Below, piece by piece: positions 14,201 through 26,310 of a DNA stretch of 64,000 nucleotides. The notes under the pieces were generated by a model. That model saw only the letters and a list, made by a program, of their open reading frames with translations, was not told where the DNA came from and ran no database searches. Made by a program: the position numbers and the translations under genes. Numbering within the stretch: position 1 is the first letter of the stretch; every line of letters starts with the position of its first letter. This DNA comes from Nageia nagi (taxonomy: Eukaryota; Plantae; Pinophyta): the NCBI GenBank assembly GCA_050084985.1, contig JBITNC010000001.1, positions 94,302,001 through 94,366,000 of the forward strand. Reading direction: 5' to 3'.

Positions 14201-15384
14201 GTTCAAACCGAATGTCAAAGTTTTCAAACCAAAGGCTCCACCTTAAGAGTCTTCCATTTCATGGTGCTTTATTAGAAGCAACTCTTGTTAGATAACTCTT
14301 ATAATTATTAAGATCAGATCTAATGATAAAACATTCATGTTGGAAAAAAATATATAAAGGCTTTTATACAATGGATAGTTGTAAGAATTTCTTTTTGAAC
14401 ATCAAGATACTTCAACTTAGCCTTTTTAAAGCTACCAAAAGCATATTGGCAATTAACTTCAAGATCATTAGGCAACTTTTCTTTTATACAACCACCCCAT
14501 GTAGTTGTAGAAGTATCACACTCAATAATTTTCAAACCAGAAGTAGGAAGTCTTAGGGAAGGAAGGAAGTACTAACTTCTTTTATTCTTTTAACTAGTTT
14601 TGTCATTTCTTTTGACCAAGGAGGAGGAACTTTGTTGAGTCTGCTATTTAGAAGTTTTCTTTTTGTAGCAAAAGAAGGGAAATATCTAAAAATATAATTC
14701 ATACAACCTAAAAATATTTGCATGTGGTTTTTTTTATAATTTCATCTATAATTTACAAATGGACAAAAAAACATGTTTTTGTATTTTAATTCTTCCATTC
14801 TGGATATCCATTCCTAACTATTTGACAATTATTTACATAATTTCCATTTTGTGAGAGAAAGAGCTAATCCACTACTATATACAATGTTAAAGAATTTTTG
14901 TAAATGATGAATGTGTTCTTTCACATCCTTAGAAAAGATAAGAATATCATCAATGTAACAAATAATAAAGTCTTTTGTGAATATAGAGTCCATCATCTAC
15001 TGAAATAAAGAAGATGCAATTTTTAACCTGAATGGAAGTACATCCATTCATATAAACCTCCATGTACTTTAAGGGATATATAAGGCTTGGACTATTCATC
15101 TAATTTAATCTACCAAAACCCTAACTTTAAATCAAATTTGGAAAACACATTAGCAAATTCAATTCTTCTGATAATCTCATCCTTGGATGGAATAAGATGT
15201 TGAATAGATTTAACATGCTAATTCAGGGTTTGTAGTTAATAACCAATATTTTCTTGCCTCTAACCTATTCTAATCTTTTATTAACATAAAAAGTTGCATA
15301 TGCATAAGGACTACTATTTTTTCTAATTAATCTCTTTTTTAGCAAACCATTGATTTCTTCATGGCACTCTTTTATGAGAGAGGG
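11300..15384 (-). mobile_element. Endogenous caulimovirid (pararetrovirus) fragment
   Basis: RT-RNaseH at 14150-15384, a downstream ORF remnant at ~13697-14100, an intergenic region with TATA (13271-13280) and a degenerate PBS (~12948-12958), then a decayed ORF at ~11300-12235 (possible movement protein, weak). Confidence 0.7.
14150..15384 (-). pseudogene. Caulimoviridae reverse transcriptase-RNase H pseudogene
   Basis: EEINGLLKKRLIRKNSSPYAYATFYVNK, VINYKP, VFSKFDLKLGFW, GLYEW, FIIVYIDDILIFSK; RNase H IIECDTS..WGG..CQYAFGSF..KEIL. No integrase follows. Confidence 0.85.
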
Positions 15385-17870
15385 TGTTATGACTCCCCTT
15401 AGTAGATTAGGTGTGTGGTGTGTATTACATTTTGTTAGAGTGTGATGTGTAGAAGCTTTGAGCATAAAGCTTCCTTAAGGGGGTGGTAATGTTATGATCC
15501 CATAACATGTATTAGGAATAGTACTTCTATATAGTCCCATATGAGTTATTTATAAGGGGTTTCCCTATTATTATGAGAAAAAAAAGAAGAATGAGTTGAG
15601 TTTTATGTGAGAAATGATTCTCAAGGAGATGCCTCCCTCAAAGCGATGCAAGCAATTCATTAGTGTAGAATTAGTGTGTTTTTTTAGGAATAATATATAA
15701 TCCATTTATGCTCTATTTGGGATCATAACATCTGGTATTTGAGCTTTGATTTTGGCTCTTATGGGTAGTTTTGTTGTTAGTGTGAGTGGTTTTTATGATC
15801 TATGAGCAATTTTGTGTGTTGAGTGGTTTTGATGTTTTGAGTGGTATTGGTTGTATGGGAAAATTTGTGTAGTGCAGGCCCATTTTATCTTCTTAGATCA
15901 GAGAAGGATGTGAGTGGATGCAAATTTGAGGTAGATTTTTGGGCATGTGGAGGTAGAGATAATCATCATGTTTGGTGGATTTCATAGCAAATAATTTTTA
16001 AGGTCATAGTTGGGAAACCCTTAGTGGAAGATGTGTAGAGATCAGCCAAATCATGGGTGTAGTGGATCTGGAAGGAGGGCACACAAGGAGCAAGTTCATT
16101 AGCTAAGGAGAAGTTCCAACAATTTAGAATAATAACATTATGTGGTATATATGTGTGGAGTTCCAATGTTTATTATTGCATTTTTATGGAGTATTCAGTA
16201 TTTAGGGTTTTCACACCATCATCTAGTATTGGGGATAAATTGCATATTAGAGGGTTAAATAGAGATTGGAAGGCTTAGAGTTGCAATGTCATCATTTTAG
16301 TTTATGGAGTTTCATATTTAATTTTTGCAAGGATGTGTGTTTCATATTTTGGCTTTTGAGGGTTTGTTATTGGTCCAAAGGGGATCATGTGACAAGTTAG
16401 TTTGCATGCTCTCATCAAGATCTTTCCAATGATGATCACTAGCATCATTCAAAGACTTGAAACAAAAGTTATGGCATTTAGAAGGTTTCCCTATTGTAAT
16501 TTTGCATCATCATCAATATTAAATTTGGATGTCTAGCCTTGGAGGGCATGTATTGTGTATGTGTTAGTCTAGATTGTTATATCAATATCAGAACTTTATG
16601 TTGTGACCTTTTTGGACGTCTTGATATTACATAATTTTTTTCATTTTTTCAATTTCTTGTAAAGAAGTCCTCTTTGAGGTTGTGAATAAGACCTATTGGA
16701 CACTCTAATTTAGGATATTTAAATTAGTTATAAAAAACAAAAAGAGAAAGAAAAAAGATGATGATGGATACTATTGCTCTACCATTTCATACTGATTTTA
16801 TGCATCATTATATTAAAGATTTTGAGGATTTTTGTGATGACTATGTGATGGATGAGAAATTATCCCTTTGGTTATTCACTAATGGCTTAAGGGTAGAAGT
16901 CAAAAAGAATGTATTCATGTTTAATCCACCAACTCTAAGAGATGCATATTCACTAGCCAAGTTAGCAAAGGCTATATCCACAACCTTTTATGGTTCATGA
17001 TGACATCCATGTGGAGCCAGTGGACCCTATTACAGAGTGTGAGGACCTTTATTTTACTTATATCAGTACATATGGAGTGGATCTAGTGGACCCCATTGAG
17101 GAGTATAAGGTCCTTCCTCCACCTTTTATCCATATCTATGATGTAGCTTCTGAGAGTTCAAGTCTATTGAAGCAAGTTGTAGAGTGTGAGGATATTTCTC
17201 TCAATTACATTACTATGGATGATCTCAAGTCACATGTTTTCTTTGAGCACTCTCCATAGGACTATTCAATGTAGTAACAGTAGCATGGTAGATTCTTTAT
17301 GAATTCTTCTATTTCCTTCTTTTTGTTCCCTCCTTGACATCAACATAATCCTTATTAGAGTAGAGTTTTGATACATGGATGGGCTCATATTCAGTTTTGG
17401 CACATTGTTGGCTACTATGGCCAAGTTGGACTCCTTTGGTCCCTCTTATCTTTGTTATTCATGGACAAATTGTATATGTACTTTGTATTTTTTGTAAGAT
17501 TTGAGGACAAAGCTTGTCTAAGGGGGTAAGAATGTTATGACTCCCCTTAGTATATTAGGTGTGTGGTGTGTATTACATTTTGTTAGTGTGTAAAAGCTTT
17601 GAGGACAAAGATTCCTTAAGGGGGTGGCAATGTTATGACCCCATAACATGTATTAGGAATAGGACTTGTGTTTAGTTCCATATGCACTATGCATTGGGTT
17701 AATTATGTTGTAAAAGCTATTTATAGGTGGTTTCCCTATTATAATAAGAAAAAAAAAATGAGTTGTGTTTTATGTGAGAAGTGATTTTCAAGGAGGTGCC
17801 CCCCTCGAAGTGGCACAAGCGATTCATTAGTGTAGGATTAGTGTATTTTCATAGGATTAGTGTATGATGA
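15385..17870 (+). mobile_element. Non-autonomous Ty3/gypsy (gag-only) LTR element with compound LTRs, truncating the caulimovirid RT
   Basis: 5' LTR 15385-15730 (TGTTATGAC..ATAACA), PBS TGGTATTTGAGC at 15733, gag remnant 16758-17000 (FTNGLRVEVKKNV..PPTLRDAY), PPT at ~17521-17532, 3' LTR from 17533 (truncated ~17870). Confidence 0.75.
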
Positions 17871-18391
17871 TTTATATTTTAATTGAAATTCACATTATTT
17901 TGAATGATAATTAAGTTTATTATTTCCATCAAAACATCCTCATACAATAATTTCTTAACCAAAAAGAGTTTAAACCTTTAATTTATAGTTTTTTTAATTT
18001 AAAAATAAATAAATAAACAAAGATAATTAAATTTGCTAAAAATTTTAGGGTTTTTAGCAAAAAAATATGCAACCTATATGTTCACCAAAGATGTAGACTA
18101 ATAAAATGCTTTATATAAATAATATATGTACTTATTTATCTACAAGATGTAAATAGAAATATGACTAATGATATTTGACTACTGGGTGCAATATGATATT
18201 TCTCAATAAATTAGGGTATGCAAGATCTAACCACTAAGCATGAAAATCCTAGATCTAGCATTTGAAACAATAAAGATGATACTTTGTACACCTAATTTAT
18301 GGGTTTTAAACGTTTGAATTTTACCACCAAGTCCTTCCCAAAAGGTATTTGAAAACTCAATGGTTTCAAGGAGATTAATGCTTATCTTAGA

Positions 18392-21300
18392 TGTTGTGAA
18401 TTCAAATGCAAGAGGCTAAAAAAATGGAATCCAATCTCATAAATGTACTGTAATAGAAGAAAAATGTAAATGATTCTCTTCTCATTCCTAAATTCACAAT
18501 ACTTCTCAAAGAGAACACAATCCTTCTTATAGTAACCTACTAAAAATAGAAACATACTAAAAATAGAAATGAGTCAGATTACACCCCCAAAATTGGCATG
18601 TGCATCCCCCTTACAATAATTAGCCTTAATTCAAAATATTTGAACTTAACTGGCTATAAAACAAAAGTTATTAAAGTTCTAACATGCAAAAAAGTTTAAA
18701 AATATGGAGAACTGAAAGTAAACACTAACTTTGGGAAGCTAGATGGTGGAGTTAGGTCTCAAAAACATGATTTTTGGAGGGTCTGGCATAGTAAAGTTAA
18801 GCCAAATACAAAGCATGCACATAGAGCCATGTTTTAAATTTTGAGGTAAATAAACATCATGATCAAAAGTTATGACTCCAATAAGATGCATCATTCTCCT
18901 CTGGTGAAAAAGAACTCAACTCCTACAAGTTTAGCTGACTTGAATTCCTAAAGCTTTTGGTTATTAATTTTCTATAACTTTGACTCTAAAACCCAAGTGT
19001 TATCTTACTATGGTAATCCTTCCCACTAAATTAGGTATCTGGTGTCGCTTCCATGTCTGGTGGTGATGACCTTCTTATCAAGCACTTATGCAATGTTGTC
19101 CTTTTTCTTCTTAGGCATCTATTGTGCCCAATGTACTATCTATTGTAATTCACCATCCTTAGTATTACCAAGATACTAAAATAAATCAAAAATATTAAAA
19201 ATATGGGAAATATCAAAATCATTAGGCAACTCCACTCTATAAGCATTATCATTGATCTTCTTCAAAATCCTACAAGGCTCGATTTTCTTAAGTTTCAGTT
19301 TATTAGACATCCCTTTAGGAAACCTTTCTTTATAAAGATGAACCATGACCATATCACCCTATTCAAACACTTTCACCCTTCTGTATGCATCAATATTTGC
19401 TTTGTAGTGAGCATTACTACTATGTAATTTGTCTTTCATTGATTCTTGCACTTTCTGGATATGCTTAGCAAACACTTTTGCATCATCACTAAATTATTTT
19501 TCCATTGGTAACTCAACCAGATCTAATACACCTCAAGGATTCTAAACATAAATAATTTGAAAAGGAGATTTACTTATTGACCTATTCAATAAGTTGTTAT
19601 AGGCAAATTTAGCTTGTGATAAAGCTAAATCCTATTTTTTGGGCTTTTCCCCAACTATGCATCATAAGAGGTTTCCCAAGATTCTATTCATTATCTCTAT
19701 TTTCCCATTGATTTGTGGATGGTAAGCACTATTGAAATATATCTTGTTATTTAACTTCTTCCATAAAATCCTCCAAAAGTGACCTAAGAACTTAGTATCT
19801 CAATCAAAAGTAAGTCTTTAGGACACCATGTAGTCCTACAACCTCATCAAAGAATAAGACTGCAATCTTAGTAGCATCATTAGTTTTCTAGCAAGCAATA
19901 AAATGTGCCATTTTAGAAAATCTATCTACCACAACAAAAACCAAATCCTTACCTCATTGTGTTTTGGGTAACCCCAACACAAAATCCATACTCAAATCAA
20001 TCCATGGTCCTGTAGGAACTGGTATTGGCATATACAACCATGTATTTTGTGCATGACCTTTAGCCATTTAGCATACTCTACATCTAGAGACAAAATTGAT
20101 TATATCTCTTTTCATCTTTGGCTAGTAATACTTCTCCTCTACAAGAGTCATAGTTTTGGCTATTCCAAAGTGACCAACTAGACACCCACTATGTAATTCC
20201 CTCAAGATATTCTCTCTCATAGAGCCATTGAGAATACATAATCGATTACCCTTAAATAAGTAACCATTCTAAAAAAAATATATTCTTTAAAAATTAGGTG
20301 GGACTCACCTTCTACTGAACTTGTATATTTTCTCATAATATTCTCAAAATTAGCATCAGATTCATACATATTTTTAATCCCCTCAAATCCTACCACTGCA
20401 TTCTCCATAGTGATCAGCAACAAGACTCTCCAACTTAATGCATCAATAACCTTATTTTGTTTACAAGATTTATGTTGCAAGACAAATGTATATTGTTGTA
20501 GAAATGAAACTCATTTGGCATGCCTATTGTTCAACTTTTTCTAAGAGTTGACATGCCTTAATGCTTCATGATTAGTAAACAAAACAAACTCCTTTCAGAT
20601 TAAGTAGTGCCTCCAATGCTACAATGCTTTCACAATTGCATAAAACTCTACATCATATGTAGAGTAATTCTTCCTTGCATCATTCAACTTATCACTAAAA
20701 AATACTACTGGTTGACCCTCTTGATTCAATACACCACCAATCCCAACAAATGAGGCATCATAATCAACCTCAAATACCTTACTAAAATCTAGTAACACTA
20801 AAATAGGGGCCTCTGAAACTTTCTTCTTCAATATTTCAAAACTCTCTATTGCTACTTTAGTCTATACAAAATCCTTCCCATTTATACACTCAGTTATAGG
20901 GGTAACTATACTACTAAAGTTCCTGATGAACTTCCTGTAATGAAGGATTTGAACTAGATCTAAACAAATCCTTTAGGACCTTAGACTAGGAAACTCAAGT
21001 GTACACAAGATAACATAATCACTCAAGATAACACATCTATAATTCTAAGAACATCATTCACATAATATGACACCAATATAATGTGGTTCCTCCCTCCTTG
21101 GGAGTACATCCACAACTAGTTCTCTTATTCTCAAATCTATGTCTCTCTTACAACTATTCTCTAGCTCTCTCCTACACAACCAAGTAGAGTAATCTTACTC
21201 AAAACTTAGATATATTTACATGAGGAGAGGCCCTCTATTTATAGGTTGAGAGCACCTCCCTAACCTTCCTTTAACCCAAGGGTAAGGTTAGGGTTACGTT

Positions 21301-24300
21301 AAATTTATCACCAAACTTCAACCTACCAACTACCCACTTTGGTAAAGTCAAAGTCTACATATTAAAGAATTCTATTAATCACTTAAGGTATCTACATACC
21401 TTTAAGTGATTAATTGAATTTACAAGGAGTTTAGATATTCACAATATTTCATTACAAATTCTAACACTCCCCCTTAATGCAATATTGGGATAGAGCGTAG
21501 AAGAGAGAAGAGAGAGAGTAAGAGAGAGTTCTCCTCCATAGAGATACAAGTGGAGATGAGAACTTTTACATATTTTGAGAATCTTTTTGAGAACTAGTAT
21601 GAGACTCACTACATTACCATTTGACAAAAATGGTTTACAATACAATCATTAACCACAACTGGTTTCACTATACATAGTAGTCGATCAACTTTAAGCTGAC
21701 ATGTGAGTCTCCATGAGCTTGCTTTCACAAGGTGAGTAACCTGCATTTCTGAAGAAGATCCTACATGCTACAAGCAACTCATGAATAAAATCAGTTAGAT
21801 GCATCATATATTCAAATAAGAGAATCAAATAATGCCATTTCTCTGATACCAATTGAAGGATTTGAACTAGATCTAAACAAATCCTTTAGGACCTTAGACT
21901 AGGAAACTCAAGTGTACACAAGATAACATAATCACTCAAGATAACACATCTATAATTCTAAGAACATCATTCACATAATATGACACCAATATAATGTGGT
22001 TCCTCCCTCCTTGGGAGTACATCCACAACTAGTTCTCTTATTCTCAAATCTATGTCTCTCTTACAACTATTCTCTAGCTCTCTCCTACACAACCAAGTAG
22101 AGTAATCTTACTCAAAACTTAGATATATTTACATGAGGAAAGGCCCTCTATTTATAGGTTGAGAGCACCTCCCTAACCTTCCTTTAACCCAAGGGTAAGG
22201 TTAGGGTTACATTAAATTTATCACCAAACTTCAACCTACCAACTACCCACTTTGGTAAAGTCAAAGTCTACATATTAAAGAATTCTATTAATCACTTAAG
22301 GTATCTACATACCTTTAAGTGATTAATTGAATTTACAAGGAGTTTAGATATTCACAATATTTCATTACAAATTCTAACATGTAAAAGGTAACTAATCCAT
22401 GAAAGCTCCTTACTTCTATTATAGTTCATGGAATAGGCCATTCTAAAATTACTTTCACCTTTTCATCATCCATCCTCATGCCATTTCTGGAGATTACAAA
22501 TCCAAAAACACTAAACTATCCTAAACAAATCTACATTTCTTTAAATTGACATATAGATTCTCCTTCTTGAGCATGTCTAACACTAATTTTAGGTGTAACA
22601 AATGCTCTTCTTCACTTTTACTATAAATCAAAATACACAACCATGAACTTACCATTATATTCCCATAGTACCCTATTCATCAATTGCATAAATGTATTGG
22701 GTGCATTAGATAACCCAAATGGCATCACCATCCACTTGTACAACCCATCTTTTATCTTAAAAGCTATCTTTGATTCATCACCTTCTCGAATGCTAATTTG
22801 GTACTAGCCACTTTGTAAATCAATTTTACTAAAGTATTTAGCTCCAACCAATCTGTCCATTATGTCATCCACTCTTGGCATAGTGTATTGATACTTTATT
22901 GTGATCTTGGTTATGGCTCTATTTTCCACACACATCCACCATGAACCATCTTTCTTTGGGTTTAGCAATGCTAGAGTCACACATGGACTCATTATACTCT
23001 CCCTGACTAAGCCCTTCTTTATTAACTATGTCACTTGCCTACTCAACTCTGCATTTTGTGTTGGGTTCAATCAATAAGTTGGTTGATTTGGATGTATTGA
23101 TCTTGGGATCAAATCCATGTGATGTTGGATATCCCTCTTTGGTGAAAACCAATCTGGAAACTCCACTAGTGTGACATCTTCATATTCTTTTAGAAACTAA
23201 GTTATTGTTGTAGGTATAACCACTTCCTTTGTTTCTAGTTTCCTAGCTGTCATGGCATAATACAAGCTAGTTTCCTTAATTGCTACAAGAAACTCCTTCA
23301 TCACCAATAAGCTCTTGCTTGATCCATCCTCCTTCAAAGGCACAAGAACCACCTTCACACCATACTTCCAAAATGTGTGAGTATTCTTTCTACCATTATG
23401 ATTAGAATCCTTATCATACTACTAAGGCCTCCTTAATAGAATGTGACATGCATCCGTCAGGATCACATCACACCATACTTCATCCTTATGAGCTTTCCCA
23501 ATTGAGAAGTTAACTAAACACCTCTTATCAATTGTAATTGTATTTTTTTCTTAATCCATGAAACATAATAGTAGTTTGGATGTGTCTCACATTTTAGATT
23601 TAATTTATCAACCATGATATCAAAGACCAAATTTTCACAATTATCTCCATCAATGACCATGTTACATACCTCTCCTCTTGAAGTGCACTTGTGTAGAAAA
23701 TATTATGACACAATCAATAATCTCCATCATCTTATTCTTTCATGCTTACCTTTTTTGAAATAATGAGGGTTCTCCTTATCATGAGGGTTTCCATATCCAT
23801 AGTGACTTTTATCTCAATCTCTTCCTCTTCTTCAACTAGAGCGACTCTAGCTTGTCCCCTTTCTTTTGCATCATATTAAGGATAGTCAAATGCTTTATTA
23901 CCTTCCTCTCCACATCTATAATAGATGAATGGTTTCCATGGCCCATTCCCCATCCTACCTCCACCATTACCTCTTCCTCTCAGATACCCTCTCCCTCTTT
24001 GGGAGGTATCTTAACCTTGTCTTGCTTGATCCTCCTTTTTGGCAAATGTTGAAGATTCTCCTTTAGAGAAATTAGATCCACCACACCCTTAATTTAAAGA
24101 GGATGTTTATCCTTTCTTTGCCTCTCTACCAAACCTCTTGAGCTTCTCCTAGACTCTCAAGGTCCTTTGGTATGAATCCTATATAGTGAGAGTATAGTAC
24201 ATACTTATCTCATCTTGAATAAAGAAACTTGGGCCATTCACATACCTTGTAGCTTTCTACTCATATGTTTCATTATGCTTCATTTGAATGGATAATTTGT

Positions 24301-25467
24301 AGAACTCATTGGTGTAATCTTTGACACTTTATTCTTTCTTTTAAAGATTTTGGAATCTACGAAATAAGGTCTAGGAATAATCTATAGGAATAATTTTATC
24401 TTGTAACTTCTTCTTCATCTTGGTCGAAGCCCTGATATTCTCTTTTCCCTTTCTCTATTGTGAAGTTTATAGATGATCCCACCAAATCAATGCATGCCCA
24501 TTTAAGTTTATGCATGCAAGCTTCACTTTCTTATCCTCAGCTAGATTACCCCATTAAAAGTACTTCTCTATGATATTTACCCAATTGATCAACTCCTCTA
24601 GTTTCAAACCACCAACATACTTAATAACCTCAATCTTGATCCTATCTCAATTTCCTATTATCCCTTCCAAGGCTTGGATTAGCCTATTTTTAAAGCATTC
24701 TTCCACTTCTTTTAGATGTATTGGTTCTTCCTCCACCTCAACATCAGGTACATCTTCCCTTGACATGCTCTCACTATTAGATCTAGGATTAGAGCATGCA
24801 TGGGATCTCCTCTCCCCCATATGTAAATTCCACTAGTTAACCATGCTATTTCTGCATGTAGATCCTCTATCTACCTATTCATGTGGGCATAAGCACCCAT
24901 AACACCCATGCCTGCACCACTAGCTTATCTTCTAGGTGACATATTCCCTCCACTAGTGAGATCACACCTGCTTTGATACCAAATGATGTGAATTCAGCTA
25001 CAAGAGGCCAACAAAATGGACTCTAATCTCATAAATGTACTATAATAGAAGAAACATGCAAATTATTCTCCTCTCATTCCTAAATTCACAATACTTCGCA
25101 AAGAGAATACAATCCTTCTTATAGTAACCTACTAAAAATAGAAATGAGTCAGATTATGCCCCCAAAATTGGCATGTGCATCCCCTTACAATAATTAGCCT
25201 TAATGCAAAATATTCAAACTTAATTAACTATAAAACAAAATTTATTAAAGTTTGAACATGCAAAAAAGCCTAAAAATCTAGAGAACTAAAAGTAAATGCT
25301 AACTTTAGGATGCTAGATGGTGGATTTAGGTCTTGAAAATATGACTTTTGGAGGGTATGGCATAACAAAGTTAAGCTAGATGTAGGACATACACATAAAG
25401 CCACATATTAAATTTTAAATAAAATGGACATCACAATCAAAAGTTATGGCTCTAACAAGGTGCATCA
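18392..25467 (-). mobile_element. CRM-lineage Ty3/gypsy chromovirus, full-length but decayed
   Basis: LTRs 18392-18893 and 24984-25467 (TG..CA); PBS at 24970-24981; gag, protease, RT ([37 protein letters not shown]), RNaseH (FEVDYDAS..GIGGVL), integrase and C-terminal chromodomain-like segment. No clean 5-bp TSD seen. Confidence 0.9.
20941..22379 (-). mobile_element. Young miniature non-coding LTR element (TRIM-like derivative related to family A)
   Basis: LTRs 20941-21466 and 21854-22379 (526 bp each, 2 mismatches by eye), PPT at 21467, PBS CTCTGATACCA at 21841-21851, TSD TGTAA (20936-20940 / 22380-22384). Inserted in the CRM pol. Confidence 0.95.
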
Positions 25468-26310
25468 GATTTTACAAGGGTTAGGATTAACTTTGATGAT
25501 GATCACTCTCCTTCCCATTTACTAGAAACCAAAATTGAAATTGAAATAAAAGAATTAAATTATGCATAAATATAAGTACTAAAGAAATGAAGTATACAAG
25601 AGGCTCAAAAACTAAAAATAACAACAGAGATGACTTTCAAAAATTGAAAATCTGATAGAAAAAGGGTCAAGGTTGACCTTGTAAATTAAAAAAGAGTAGA
25701 ATTCAACCTTATTTTAAATTTTTTTTTTGCATATATGAAAGTTACAAGATATGGTTGATGAGTTATGATCTTTGCCTCGTAATCCTATTTTTTTGTTTTG
25801 GCTTAAAACTTGTTGTTTTAGCTCAAGAAGATTTTCGATTTGCCTCAAATATTAGCAATGAATTCCTTAATGTCTCAAATTTCAGATGATACAATTTAAA
25901 GATTCAAAAGCATGATAAAGAGGTAGATCTTAAGTTTTTTCAAAGAAAATACTTGATCATAAAGAGTATCAATGATTTGAAATGAATTTGGATCCTCCTT
26001 TTATACCTTGCAAAATAAATAAAACAAAAACACATTAATCTACCTTTTCTTGAAATTAGAATATACTCTATTGAAAAAAATTAGGATGAAAAGACTTTAA
26101 ATTAAGAAAATACTAATCATATATAAAGGAGCGAGTGGGATTAGCACACCCTAAAAGTCCCACTAACTGAATAATTAGGAAACAAAATAAAATTCAAGAA
26201 ATCCCAAACATAACAAAAGACCACATAAACTCCTTACAAAGTGCTACAAATATCAACTAACAAGCTAATCAATTTTAAGCTCATCGGGAGGATAAAATTT
26301 ATTTATCTAT

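Larger units (their letters stand above)
18080..26310 (-). mobile_element. Tat/Ogre-like LTR split by the CRM element (pieces ~18092-18391 and ~25468-26310)
   Basis: TGTAGAC terminus at 18092 preceded by GTTCACCAAAGA (PBS-like on the minus strand); AT-rich LTR-like sequence resumes after 25467. The right boundary is approximate. Confidence 0.4.
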
